Positions 38,274 to 47,208 of a stretch of 55,742 nt of DNA are shown in pieces. The notes beneath the pieces were generated by a model. It had not been told where the DNA came from, made no database searches, and worked only from the letters and a program-made list of their open reading frames with translations. Positions within the stretch are counted from its first letter, which is position 1. The number at the start of each line of letters is the position of its first letter. This DNA comes from Thermodesulfovibrionia bacterium (GTDB lineage Bacteria; Nitrospirota; Thermodesulfovibrionia; UBA6902), in NCBI GenBank assembly GCA_945788685.1, contig CALZMZ010000002.1:1-55742 (forward strand), in the 5' to 3' direction. The position numbers were made by a program, and so were the translations under genes.

Positions 38274-39047
38274 TTATGTGGTATTATTGCCACTTTTCAG
38301 TAGTCTGATAAGTTCGTCAAGAACCTGACTCGCATTTTCACTGAAGCACACATCTGCAAGGTTGTCTGTTGGGGTTTCGGTCCGGTTGATGTAAATCAAT
38401 CTTGCATTGCTGTTATGCGCTTCTCTCGGTATTGAGGCCGCAGGTTCAACCTGCAGAGATGAACCTATCATTAAAAAGAGGTCACAGGAAGCAGCACATT
38501 GAAATGCCTTTATCATTTCTGCTTCCGGCATTGATTGACCAAAAGATATGGTTGCCGGCTTAACATGTCCATTACATTTATCACAGGAAGGATCAATTAT
38601 TCCCTGCTCCAGCCACGTTTGCACTTCCGCGATCGGCCACATCTTTCCACAGTCAAGACAGACAGCCTTTCTGTTTGTACCGTGCAGTTCAATAACATGG
38701 GAACTGCCGCTGTCCTGATGCAGTCCGTCTATGTTCTGGGTTATCAGGCATTTCAGCTTTCCCATATGTTCAAGCTCTGCAAGCGCCAGGTGCGCCCTGT
38801 TTGGTTTCGCATCCTTAATTTCCGTGTACAGCTCTTTTTTCATCTTCCAGTATTCAACACGCGCTTCATGACTGGAGATAAACTCCTGATACGTGACGAT
38901 CCTGTATCTGTCCCAGACCCCGCCCTTGCTCCTGAAATCAGAGATACCTGATTCGGTTGAAATGCCTGCTCCGGTAAAGGCGGCAAGGTTTTCGGATGAT
39001 TTTAAAAGAGTTACTGCCTTTGTCAGTCTTTCTTCAAATGAAAGCAT
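38274..39047 (-). CDS. cobB: NAD-dependent protein deacylase (sirtuin, CobB-type)
   Basis: GAGISTESGISDFR, TQNIDGLH and HG motifs, with a zinc ribbon (CLDCG...CDKCNG). Confidence 0.9.
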   Translation of the reverse strand: MLSFEERLTKAVTLLKSSENLAAFTGAGISTESGISDFRSKGGVWDRYRIVTYQEFISSHEARVEYWKMKKELYTEIKDAKPNRAHLALAELEHMGKLKCLITQNIDGLHQDSGSSHVIELHGTNRKAVCLDCGKMWPIAEVQTWLEQGIIDPSCDKCNGHVKPATISFGQSMPEAEMIKAFQCAASCDLFLMIGSSLQVEPAASIPREAHNSNARLIYINRTETPTDNLADVCFSENASQVLDELIRLLKSGNNTT

Positions 39048-39064
39048 TTTTATAATAGGTAATT

Positions 39065-39153
39065 GGTTATAGGTTATAGGTCATAGGGAAAAAACAGGAT
39101 AATTAGATTAAAGGTTAATCCATAACCCATCACCTATTACCCATGACCTATAA
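39065..39153. repeat. Inverted pair of tandem 7-nt units (GGTTATA GGTTATA GGTCATA ... CCATAAC/CCTATTA/CCATGAC/CTATAA)
   Basis: Left arm 39065-39088 and right arm 39120-39153, between the ccsB stop and the cobB start. Confidence 0.75.
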
Positions 39154-39157
39154 ATCT

Positions 39158-39883
39158 TTATTTATCAATCTTTCTTTTAAAAGCGATCAGGATGACAATT
39201 CCGATTATAAAGAGAACTCCTCCTGCCAATGCCCACATCGCGCCCGGTTCCCTGTTGACCTGGAGCAGGGCTATTTTTTGAGGATGAGGTTTAAGGTTTC
39301 TAATATTCACATTAAAACCCTTGAACACCGATGGCGTGTTCGGCATAATTCTGTCAGTCTGTAACGTCTCATTTCCTGATATGTAGTTAACATCAACTTT
39401 CCAGGCAGTAACATACCCATAATAGTCGATCTCAATATCGATTTTCTCAACATTCAGAATGGTGTCATCTGAGATCCTTAACCGGGAACCCTCCATTACA
39501 TTGGCATTTCTCTGGGATGCTCCGAAAGCGCTCAGGAGATGGGCAAGGAGCATAAAGAGAAAACCCATATGTATTATCTGGGGCGCAATCAGGAGAAGCC
39601 ATTGTGTGACCTTTCTCTTTTTGATTATGGAATCAACGCTGCAGAAGAGAGTATTCACTGCAATAACAGCAAGAACTCCGATGATTCCCCATAGCCACCA
39701 GATGTCTTTAACAGGCTGTTTCTGAATCCAGTCAATGAGCGGAATGGAATGGAGCTGCTGAAATGCCTTATTGCCGGGCATGATAAAGGCGCCGACTAAA
39801 AACAGAATCAGCAGTATCCCCAAGAACCAGAGGGTGGTTTTTAACGACAGGAAGAAGTTTAATATGTATCTCAAAATATTCAT
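39158..39883 (-). CDS. ccsB: Minimal ResB/CcsB-like cytochrome c biogenesis protein
   Basis: 241 aa with four predicted TM helices, one carrying conserved-looking His (APQIIHMGFLFMLLAH), and a short periplasmic loop. Lies directly downstream of ccsA. Confidence 0.65.
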   Translation of the reverse strand: MNILRYILNFFLSLKTTLWFLGILLILFLVGAFIMPGNKAFQQLHSIPLIDWIQKQPVKDIWWLWGIIGVLAVIAVNTLFCSVDSIIKKRKVTQWLLLIAPQIIHMGFLFMLLAHLLSAFGASQRNANVMEGSRLRISDDTILNVEKIDIEIDYYGYVTAWKVDVNYISGNETLQTDRIMPNTPSVFKGFNVNIRNLKPHPQKIALLQVNREPGAMWALAGGVLFIIGIVILIAFKRKIDK

Positions 39884-39927
39884 TTCATAATTACGGTCGA
39901 CGAATGACGGACGACGAGCGTCGGGAG

Positions 39928-40629
39928 TTAAAAACTATGCGAACTTTTCATTAACAGACTGACTCCAAGATAAGTAAAGAGCACAATAGCAAACCCAAGG
40001 ATACTCATATAAGCCATGGGTCTTCCTGCCCACCATTGCGCATGCAGCTGGAAACTGTAAAACGCCCACAATATACTTGTCCATAGCTCCTTCGGGGTCC
40101 AAACCCAGTAAGTCCCCCAGGCAAGGTATGCCCATATGCCTCCGAATATCATCGACAATGTAAAAAGACAGTAGCCTATCAGAATAGCCCTGTATTGCAA
40201 TCCTTCCAGCACCGTATCTTTTTCCTTGAGATACATACTGCCGAGGACCGCTGCAATCCCAAACAGCGCATAGGACATAAAGGCAAGAACTACATGGAAT
40301 TCAAACCAGAAAGTTTTCAGCACCGGAGGCAGAGGTGAATTATGAGCCTTTGATAACATTGAAAATGCTGTAAAGGCGGCTGTTACCACAGCAATTATGT
40401 TAAAAAAAGAGTTGCGGTTCCTTAAAGCATATCCAAATGGAATCGAAAAGGCAGCGATGGATGCTGCAAGAAAGGCTATTGTATCATGAGGACCAACCAG
40501 AGGGAGTCTACCCAGCTCTGCGCCTCTTGATACAATATATGCAGCCTGCAGAATGAGACCAAGATAGAGCAGGGGTCTCTTCCACAGTGCAAAAAGATAT
40601 GAACCAAAAGATAGTGCGAGCAATGTCAT
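39928..40629 (-). CDS. ccsA: Cytochrome c biogenesis protein CcsA (System II haem lyase subunit)
   Basis: Trp-rich WWD-type segment GGIWAYLAWGTYWVWTPKELW flanked by His residues (FEFHV, LHAQ). 233 aa. Confidence 0.82.
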   Translation of the reverse strand: MTLLALSFGSYLFALWKRPLLYLGLILQAAYIVSRGAELGRLPLVGPHDTIAFLAASIAAFSIPFGYALRNRNSFFNIIAVVTAAFTAFSMLSKAHNSPLPPVLKTFWFEFHVVLAFMSYALFGIAAVLGSMYLKEKDTVLEGLQYRAILIGYCLFTLSMIFGGIWAYLAWGTYWVWTPKELWTSILWAFYSFQLHAQWWAGRPMAYMSILGFAIVLFTYLGVSLLMKSSHSF

Positions 40630-40705
40630 AGGAGAATATTGTAACTTATCTGGTTTGTTCAGGAAAGTTAATACTAATTAAATCAATTCTGTACATGAAA
40701 GAAGA

Positions 40706-40731
40706 AAAACGCAGGACACGCCCTGCGTTTT
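40706..40731 (-). terminator. Rho-independent terminator after the YedE genes
   Basis: AAAACGCAGG / CCTGCGTTTT stem. On the minus strand it is followed by TTTTTCTTCTTT. Confidence 0.7.
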
Positions 40732-40778
40732 CAGTCTATCTTTATTTTTAAATAAAATTTCAGATTAACTGGTGTTAA

Positions 40779-41363
40779 TCATAGTCCCTTTTTCTCAAGC
40801 CATACAAAAAGGCCTAATCCTCCTGCGACAAAAATAGCGATCACAACCCAGTCATTGGCTCCGAAAACCTGGGGAAGCGTTATGGAACCCTCCCGTCCCC
40901 AGGTAAGTATTGTGTTTCTTACAGAGGGGAATGCCTCGGCAAACAGGGCCGCACCTGCCAGCATCCCGAGCAGACCCCAAAACGCATCGGTGCGCCCTTC
41001 TCCCAGGGCTCCGAGGGATGTGCCGGGACAATATCCGATAAGGCTCCATCCCAACCCGAAGGTAAGCCCGCCGATAATATTGGCGCCTATATTGGTAGGC
41101 AGTATAAGAGGTTTTGCTATCCCCATGTTATGGAGCACTGCAACTCCCACCATACCTGTCAGAATTGCAGAAAAGAAAAATTTCACTATTGTCATATCCA
41201 TTAAGCGAAGAGCGCCCATCTGTTTGTCATAGCGGACTACCCTGCCTTTCTGGAGCCAAATGCGATACCTGTCAAAAGACCGTTTATTAATATACTCATC
41301 TGTTAGCACCTCCACGATAAATAAGATTACTGAAGAGTATTCCTCCGGCAAAAAAACATACAA
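40779..41363 (-). CDS. YeeE/YedE-family sulfur-transport membrane protein, second half-gene (start uncertain)
   Basis: GYCPGTSLGALGEGR conserved-Cys motif with multiple TM helices. The TTG at 41363 overlaps the upstream gene; ATG 41219 is an alternative start. Confidence 0.78.
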   Translation of the reverse strand: MYVFLPEEYSSVILFIVEVLTDEYINKRSFDRYRIWLQKGRVVRYDKQMGALRLMDMTIVKFFFSAILTGMVGVAVLHNMGIAKPLILPTNIGANIIGGLTFGLGWSLIGYCPGTSLGALGEGRTDAFWGLLGMLAGAALFAEAFPSVRNTILTWGREGSITLPQVFGANDWVVIAIFVAGGLGLFVWLEKKGL

Positions 41364-41820
41364 CTACAATGAGACCGCTTAGGGCCAGCTGTACCATGGC
41401 CCCCAGTCCATAACCGCTCGGGCATCCTCCGGCAAGACGTGCTCCAAACATGACAATTAATCCGCCGATGAATGCAAAGGCCCCCCGTTTGACAGGACTA
41501 CTTCCAAATCTGGACGCCCACATGTCCGGCACAGACTTAATCTTAAAACTTCCATCAGTAATGGAAGAAATAAATGCACCTATCAATATTCCGACAACCA
41601 TCATTACCTGCCAGTCCACTTTTGGTGCAAACCAGTTAAAGTAAGTCATGCCTGCAACTTTTTCAGGTGAAAAAAACCGTTCTATAAAACCGCTGACCCT
41701 GACAAAGCATGTTGATGCGCCGAAGTAATTGCCGGCAATCCAGGCGGACACAATGATGACCCCACCTGTGAGGGCACCGGCAAGGTAGGGGCTCCATCCC
41801 CCGTTTCCTTTATTACTCAT
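41296..41820 (-). CDS. YeeE/YedE-family sulfur-transport membrane protein, first half-gene
   Basis: 174 aa with an ARLAGGCPSGYG conserved-Cys motif and four TM helices. Confidence 0.85.
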   Translation of the reverse strand: MSNKGNGGWSPYLAGALTGGVIIVSAWIAGNYFGASTCFVRVSGFIERFFSPEKVAGMTYFNWFAPKVDWQVMMVVGILIGAFISSITDGSFKIKSVPDMWASRFGSSPVKRGAFAFIGGLIVMFGARLAGGCPSGYGLGAMVQLALSGLIVVVCFFAGGILFSNLIYRGGANR

Positions 41821-41962
41821 TTAAATAACCTCCAATTTTATGTTATTAAATATTTTATCACCAATTTAAAACAGCTTAAATTGAGTATATGTATAAAATG
41901 ATTTATTATTTTTGTCATGTTTATACACAGACGCCGAATATCAGTCTGAACAGTAATTATAA

Positions 41963-41978
41963 AGCAAGTACTATGCCA
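41963..41978 (-). promoter_or_regulatory. Sigma-54 (-24/-12) promoter for the YedE genes
   Basis: The minus strand reads TGGCATAGTACTTGCT, i.e. TGGCAT-N5-TTGC with exact spacing, about 143 nt upstream of ATG 41820. Confidence 0.6.
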
Positions 41979-42071
41979 GAATAAATGTTGTTTTTCTATT
42001 TCGTTCGTGTCGTGTGTTAAAATTAAGAATCAATTCAAGTATATTTTAAATCATGCATCAAGGAGTAACCA

Positions 42072-43856
42072 GTGAAAAAATCAAAAAATAAAAAAGGTCT
42101 TTCCGGTATTTCAGGAAGTTTTAAGGGAAGCAGTTTTCATCCTGCAATACTTGAAAGCATAGCAGAAGGGATTGTAGTGATTGGACTGGACCGTAACATA
42201 ATTTTTGTAAATAAAATGGCAAGAGACCTGATAGGTATTCAGAATGAGGCCCCTGAAGGTAGACCATGCAGTGATGTTATACGGACAGATCTATGTAAAA
42301 ATTGTCCCATTGAATCACCTGAGAGCAATGAAAGCTGCTCTTCCTATTTAATGAACATCCAACTTTACAGGAACGATAATGAGTCCATTCCTCTCTGTCT
42401 GAATGTGGCCCCATTATATGATGAAAATGGCGAAGTTGCGGGTTTTATAGAGAACTTCAGGCCCATGAGTGAAGCTGTAAAGGCCATTGAATCCCTTAAG
42501 CAGACCAATGTGGTACTGTCACATGAAAAAGACAAGGTTGATTCGATTATAGAAAGTCTTGCAGATGGTGTGTTTACTGTTGATAAGCATCTCAGGATAA
42601 AAAGCTTTAACAAAGGCATGGAAATTCTTACAGGCCTCAGGGAATCGGACGTAACAGGATTAAAATGCGGAGAGGTGCTGAACGCTGATAACTGCAGTGG
42701 TAATTGTCCTTTTGCACATACGTTAAAGATGGGCTACGGTATTGCAAACGTGAAGGAGCGTATTTCCAGAAGTGATGGAGAGACCATGCCGATATTTATG
42801 AGTACTGCATTTCTTAAAGATGAATCCGGAGAAGATGACTTGATTGCAACAGTAAAGGATTTATCTGAGATTGAAAGGCTCAGAAAAGATGTGAATGAAA
42901 GATATCAGCTCTCCAATATTATTGGAAAAAGCAGCCAGATGCAGCAGATCTTTGAACTTATTGAGGTGCTGGGTGATGCAGACTGTGCAATACTTATAGA
43001 AGGTGAAAGCGGTACAGGCAAGGAACTGGCTTCACGTGCCATCCATCATGAAAGTTACAGACGAAGCAAGCCCTTTGTGAAGGTCAACTGCAGCGCAATA
43101 GTGGAAGGCCTTTTTGAGAGTGAACTCTTTGGACATGTCAAGGGGGCGTTCAGCGGCGCAATAAAAGACAAGGCTGGCAAATTTGAGATTGCTGATAAAG
43201 GGACTGTCTTTCTTGATGAAATTGCAGATATGCCCATCTCCCTTCAGCCAAAGCTCTTGCGAGTTCTTCAGGATATGGAGTTTGAGAGGGTAGGGGACAA
43301 CAGGACCAGAAAAGTTGATGTCAGAATTATTGCTGCTACCAATAAGCGCCTTATTGAAGAAGTGGAGGCTGGCAGGTTCAGGAAGGACCTGTATTACAGG
43401 TTATGTGTTGTGCCCCTGACCTTGCCTGCTTTGAGAGACAGAAAAGAGGACATTCCTCTTCTGGTCAACCATTTTCTGGAAAAGTGCTATATGAAAAACC
43501 CAAACAGGACAAGAATCACTGAAATCACTCCATCCGCACTTTCAGCCATACTGGACTATGACTGGCCCGGAAACATCAGAGAACTTGAGAATGCAATTGA
43601 GCACGCATACATCCGGGCAAGAAAAGATATGATAGACATAGAATCTCTTCCGTTATCATTAACGGGCAATGTCGCTAATAAAAACTCATCAATTAAGTTT
43701 GACGAATCACCTGTAACAATAGATGTTATGCAACGGCATTATATTGACGAGTTAATGAAGAAATATAATGGCAATAAATCCATGGTTGCAAAAGACCTTG
43801 GAATCAGCCGGACCACTCTTTGGAGAAGGCTGAGGGAGGCAGCTTCAGAGCATTAA
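42072..43856 (+). CDS. Sigma-54-dependent transcriptional activator (PAS-PAS-AAA+-HTH)
   Basis: Walker A GESGTGKE, a GAFSGA (GAFTGA-type) loop, ESELFGH and a C-terminal Fis-type HTH ([16 protein letters not shown]). GTG start with AAGGAG upstream. Confidence 0.92.
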   Translation: MKKSKNKKGLSGISGSFKGSSFHPAILESIAEGIVVIGLDRNIIFVNKMARDLIGIQNEAPEGRPCSDVIRTDLCKNCPIESPESNESCSSYLMNIQLYRNDNESIPLCLNVAPLYDENGEVAGFIENFRPMSEAVKAIESLKQTNVVLSHEKDKVDSIIESLADGVFTVDKHLRIKSFNKGMEILTGLRESDVTGLKCGEVLNADNCSGNCPFAHTLKMGYGIANVKERISRSDGETMPIFMSTAFLKDESGEDDLIATVKDLSEIERLRKDVNERYQLSNIIGKSSQMQQIFELIEVLGDADCAILIEGESGTGKELASRAIHHESYRRSKPFVKVNCSAIVEGLFESELFGHVKGAFSGAIKDKAGKFEIADKGTVFLDEIADMPISLQPKLLRVLQDMEFERVGDNRTRKVDVRIIAATNKRLIEEVEAGRFRKDLYYRLCVVPLTLPALRDRKEDIPLLVNHFLEKCYMKNPNRTRITEITPSALSAILDYDWPGNIRELENAIEHAYIRARKDMIDIESLPLSLTGNVANKNSSIKFDESPVTIDVMQRHYIDELMKKYNGNKSMVAKDLGISRTTLWRRLREAASEH

Positions 43857-43857
43857 T

Positions 43858-43917
43858 TGTTTCATGTTGAAACAACCACGTTTCAAAATCTGTTTCAATT
43901 GTGCTTCAAATTGAAAC
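43858..43917. promoter_or_regulatory. Cluster of TGTTTCA/TGAAACA inverted half-sites (candidate activator UAS)
   Basis: TGTTTCAtgtTGAAACA (43858-43874), GAAACaaccacGTTTC (43869-43884), and TGTTTCA-N13-TGAAACA (43891-43917). These lie 95-170 nt upstream of the -24/-12 element. Confidence 0.5.
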
Positions 43918-44011
43918 ATTCCTGATCTTGATAATCATTTGTTCTCTCCTATAAGGGCCCATCCCATATGATAGTTTCAATAAATCAGTATGTTACAAAG
44001 TAATCTCTCGA

Positions 44012-44027
44012 TGGCATCGCAATTGCA
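44012..44027 (+). promoter_or_regulatory. Sigma-54 (-24/-12) promoter for the dsrE-tusA-DUF302-fadL operon
   Basis: TGGCATCGCAATTGCA, i.e. TGGCAT-N5-TTGCA with exact spacing, 103 nt upstream of ATG 44130. Confidence 0.7.
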
Positions 44028-44129
44028 TCAGAATAGACAATTCAAACGAAACTCCATAAATTGAAAATATTTTGCATGACAGCAGTTTATGAAATAAGCC
44101 TGAAATAATAACCTGAACAGGAGGTATAT

Positions 44130-44612
44130 ATGTCAGAAGAGAAGAAAAAAAGGATGGCCATAATAGCTTCAAAGGGTACCCTTGATATGGCATATCCGCC
44201 CCTTGTACTTGCATCAACAGCAGCCGCGATGGAAGTTGAGACAACTATTTTTTTTACATTTTACGGTATGGATATAATCAATAAGAAGAAATATAACCAT
44301 CTGCAGGTTGCGCCGATCGGAAATCCGGCTATGCCGTCGCCGGTTCCCATGCCGAATATCATAGGCATGCTGCCGGGTATGACAGCCATGGGTACTATGA
44401 TGATGAAGAACATGATAAAGGGGATAAACTGGCCCACAATACCCGAGTTTGTTGATACCTGCCTGGAATCGGGCGTAAAGTTGCTTGCCTGCACCCCAAC
44501 CATGGAGATGACCGGCCTTAAGAAGGAAGACCTGGTGGACGGAGTTGTTATAGCTGGTGCTGCTGATTACCTTGATTTTGCACTTGATGCAAATATAAGT
44601 CTGTTCATATAA
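44130..44612 (+). CDS. DsrE/DsrF-like sulfur-relay protein (soluble DsrE2/E3-like)
   Basis: 160 aa with MAIIASKGTLDMAYPPLVLASTAAAM and FFTFYGM motifs and a conserved Cys in LLACTPTMEM. AGGAGG RBS. Confidence 0.82.
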   Translation: MSEEKKKRMAIIASKGTLDMAYPPLVLASTAAAMEVETTIFFTFYGMDIINKKKYNHLQVAPIGNPAMPSPVPMPNIIGMLPGMTAMGTMMMKNMIKGINWPTIPEFVDTCLESGVKLLACTPTMEMTGLKKEDLVDGVVIAGAADYLDFALDANISLFI

Positions 44613-44625
44613 AAAGGAGATTATA

Positions 44626-44853
44626 ATGGATGCTGATTATGTAATTGACTGCAAGGGGCTGAACTGTCCCATGCCGGTCATAAAGACAAAGAAGGCTATA
44701 GATGAGATGGAACCCGGCCAGGTCCTGAAGGTGGAGGCCTCTGATAAGGGTGCTCTTAATGATATGCCTGCCTTTGCAAAGAGGACAGGCAATGAGATCG
44801 TTGAGTCCTCAGAAGAGAACGGCGTATTTATCTTCTATATAAAGAAGGCATAA
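44626..44853 (+). CDS. tusA: TusA/SirA-family sulfurtransferase
   Basis: 75 aa with the canonical DCKGLNCPMPVIKTKKAI active-site Cys-Pro-x-Pro motif. Confidence 0.9.
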   Translation: MDADYVIDCKGLNCPMPVIKTKKAIDEMEPGQVLKVEASDKGALNDMPAFAKRTGNEIVESSEENGVFIFYIKKA

Positions 44854-44877
44854 CATGATTCTACGGAGGAAGATCAT

Positions 44878-45852
44878 ATGAAAAGATTCACCCTGTTGTT
44901 ATTAGTTGTTCTTTTAGCACATTCACCTGTGCTGGCAGCCGAAAAATTCGGTGTCTATATAAAAGTCATTGAAAAGGCCCAGGGCAGTTTAGATGAGGTA
45001 AGTAGTTCGGTCGAAGCCGGACTTAAGAAGGGTGGATGGGAAATTCTCGGGTCTCATAATTCGGGTGTGCCTGAGAAGTGTGGCTTTCGTTCCAGGGCCA
45101 TCTATTTCAGCTCTGAAGCATATGCAGCATCAATTTTAAAAAATGATGTTAAGGCCGCCTTTGCACTTCCATTAAGGGCAGGCATTTATGAGGACGAAAA
45201 GGGAATCAATGTAGCGGTTGTTAATCCATCTTCAATAAACAGGACCATTATCGATGAAACAGGAATGGATGAGTTCTCGCTGGTTACTGCAAATGCCATT
45301 GTTGAAACTATTGCTGGTTCGGTAAAAGGCGATGTTGTCAGGAAACAAGCAGGTCAAATGAGAAAGAGAGGCAAGATAGGAGGGATGGGAGGAGGTGACT
45401 TTCTAAACAAGATTGATGAGATTGTCTCGTTTCCCAACACCTCTGATTCAGCGCTAAGACGGGCAGCAGATAAAGTCAAAGAAGCCATTCTTCAGAATGA
45501 TAAGGAGTGGAAGCTGATGTATAGTTATGACCTTACAGACAGGGGAGCAGTAATTTACGGCGTGACTAAAACTGCCACTGAAGGAAAGGCTTTTAGTATT
45601 GCAGGAGAAAAAAGAGTATCAGATTCGAACATATGTCCAGGAATAGACCATGTGGCTGCCTTTCCGATTGAAGTGGTTGTTTATAAAGACGGGGGACAGA
45701 TTAAGGCAGTTCTTTTGGACGAGATGTACAGGATGAAAATGTATTTTGAGGATGCGGGCAGGTGGGCATTTATGAAGAATATTAAGATGCCGGGACGTAT
45801 AGAAAAGGAAATAGTTGACGTTGTTTCTTCCGGGCTTGACAGCCAGGATTAA
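44878..45852 (+). CDS. Secreted protein made of two DUF302-like halves
   Basis: Signal peptide (LLAHSPVLAAE). The first half has LDEV..VEAGLKKGGWEIL..AAFALPLRAGIYEDEKGINVAVVNP. The second half has AAFPIEVVVYKDGGQIKAVLLDE. Both match the DUF302 LP-x-R/E-hydrophobic-YE/KD-G pattern. Confidence 0.6.
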   Translation: MKRFTLLLLVVLLAHSPVLAAEKFGVYIKVIEKAQGSLDEVSSSVEAGLKKGGWEILGSHNSGVPEKCGFRSRAIYFSSEAYAASILKNDVKAAFALPLRAGIYEDEKGINVAVVNPSSINRTIIDETGMDEFSLVTANAIVETIAGSVKGDVVRKQAGQMRKRGKIGGMGGGDFLNKIDEIVSFPNTSDSALRRAADKVKEAILQNDKEWKLMYSYDLTDRGAVIYGVTKTATEGKAFSIAGEKRVSDSNICPGIDHVAAFPIEVVVYKDGGQIKAVLLDEMYRMKMYFEDAGRWAFMKNIKMPGRIEKEIVDVVSSGLDSQD

Positions 45853-45907
45853 TCACTATAAATTTATGTACATTATCTATATGTACAATATTAAGGAGGA
45901 GAGATAT

Positions 45908-47188
45908 ATGAAGATATTGAGAAGTCTTTTTATCTGTCTTGCAGTGTTGACATTGCTGCTTGGCTCTATTGCGTCATCTCATGCTACAAACGGATATTTT
46001 GCTCATGGTTTTAGCACAAAGAACAAGGCACTGGCCGGTGCTGGTACAGCATTACCGCTGGACTCAATTGCGGCATCAACCAATCCGGCAGGAATGGTAA
46101 GGGTAGGCAGCCGTCTTGATGTGGGAATTTCATTATTCAACCCTAATAGAGAATATACTGTTACTGGTAGCGTTAATGCGTTTCCAGCATTTAGTTTAGA
46201 TCCAGGTACAGTTGAAAGTGATTCAAAGTGGTTCGTTATACCTTCATTAGGTTATAACCGGATGATGAATGACGATTACTCCATTGGAATTTCAATTTAT
46301 GGAAATGGAGGGATGAACACTGATTACGATAAAGCAACATATCTGGCACTTATGCCAGGCTCTTCCCCGACAGGTGTTGACCTAATGCAGTTATTTATTG
46401 TTCCTACGTATTCCAGAAAATTAAATGATAAACACTCAATAGGTCTTAGCCCCATTTTAGCCTATCAACGATTTGAAGCGAAAGGATTAGACACATTTGG
46501 CAATTTAGGTGTTTCCAGCGATGCTGCTAAATTAACAGACAATGATCATGACAATTCTTATGGTGCAGGAGTTAGAGTTGGTTATATGGGAGAGGTTATA
46601 CCTGGATTATATATTGGTGCTTCTTATCAGAGTAGAACATGGATGAGTGAGTACGATGACTATGCAGGTCTCTTTGCTGAACAGGGTGATTTTGATATTC
46701 CATCAAACTGGAGTGTGGGAGTTGCCTATGAAGCAACTTCTGAAATTACATTAGTACTTGATGTTCAGCAAATACGATATAGTGAAGTCAAGTCAATTAA
46801 TAACAAGCTAACGACAACCAATCTGTTGCCCTCTTCTCTTGGCACTGATGACGGTGCTGGTTTTGGATGGGAAGATATGACAGTAGTAAAAATAGGTGCT
46901 CAATGGCAGGCTGCTCCGGATTGGATTGTAAGAGCAGGATACTCTTATGGGGAGCAGCCAATTCCAGACTCAGAGATGTTATTTAATATTATAGCTCCTG
47001 GAGTTATAGAGCACCATATCACTGCTGGATGTACGAAGAAGATTGGAGATCATCAGGAGATTGATCTGGCAATTATGCACGCATTGTCAAATGATGTTAG
47101 CGGTGCTAATGTTTTTGATCCGTCTCAAACGATTGAATTGAAAATGAACCAGTGGGAGTATACAGCAGGGTACTCCTGGAAATTCTAA
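45908..47188 (+). CDS. FadL/OmpP1/TodX-family outer-membrane channel for hydrophobic compounds
   Basis: ATG 45908 after AAGGAGGAG. Signal peptide, then ATNGYFAHGFSTKNKALAGAGTA (the family's N-terminal hatch signature). Beta-barrel ending YTAGYSWKF. Confidence 0.85.
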   Translation: MKILRSLFICLAVLTLLLGSIASSHATNGYFAHGFSTKNKALAGAGTALPLDSIAASTNPAGMVRVGSRLDVGISLFNPNREYTVTGSVNAFPAFSLDPGTVESDSKWFVIPSLGYNRMMNDDYSIGISIYGNGGMNTDYDKATYLALMPGSSPTGVDLMQLFIVPTYSRKLNDKHSIGLSPILAYQRFEAKGLDTFGNLGVSSDAAKLTDNDHDNSYGAGVRVGYMGEVIPGLYIGASYQSRTWMSEYDDYAGLFAEQGDFDIPSNWSVGVAYEATSEITLVLDVQQIRYSEVKSINNKLTTTNLLPSSLGTDDGAGFGWEDMTVVKIGAQWQAAPDWIVRAGYSYGEQPIPDSEMLFNIIAPGVIEHHITAGCTKKIGDHQEIDLAIMHALSNDVSGANVFDPSQTIELKMNQWEYTAGYSWKF

Positions 47189-47208
47189 ATATTTTAAGGT
47201 GTAAATAT

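Noticed and set aside
38274-39047. Sir2-domain protein as part of an anti-phage defence system (Thoeris / DSR / SIR2-HerA type).
   Set aside because: It is a compact 257-aa canonical sirtuin with all deacylase motifs and a zinc ribbon. It has no fused effector or sensor domain and no defence-type neighbours.
40779-41820. The split YedE genes as a frameshifted pseudogene of a single yeeE.
   Set aside because: Each half carries its own conserved Cys motif (GGCPSG, GYCPGT) and a complete set of helices. Two-gene YeeE/YedE pairs are common in anaerobes. The start of the second gene remains uncertain.
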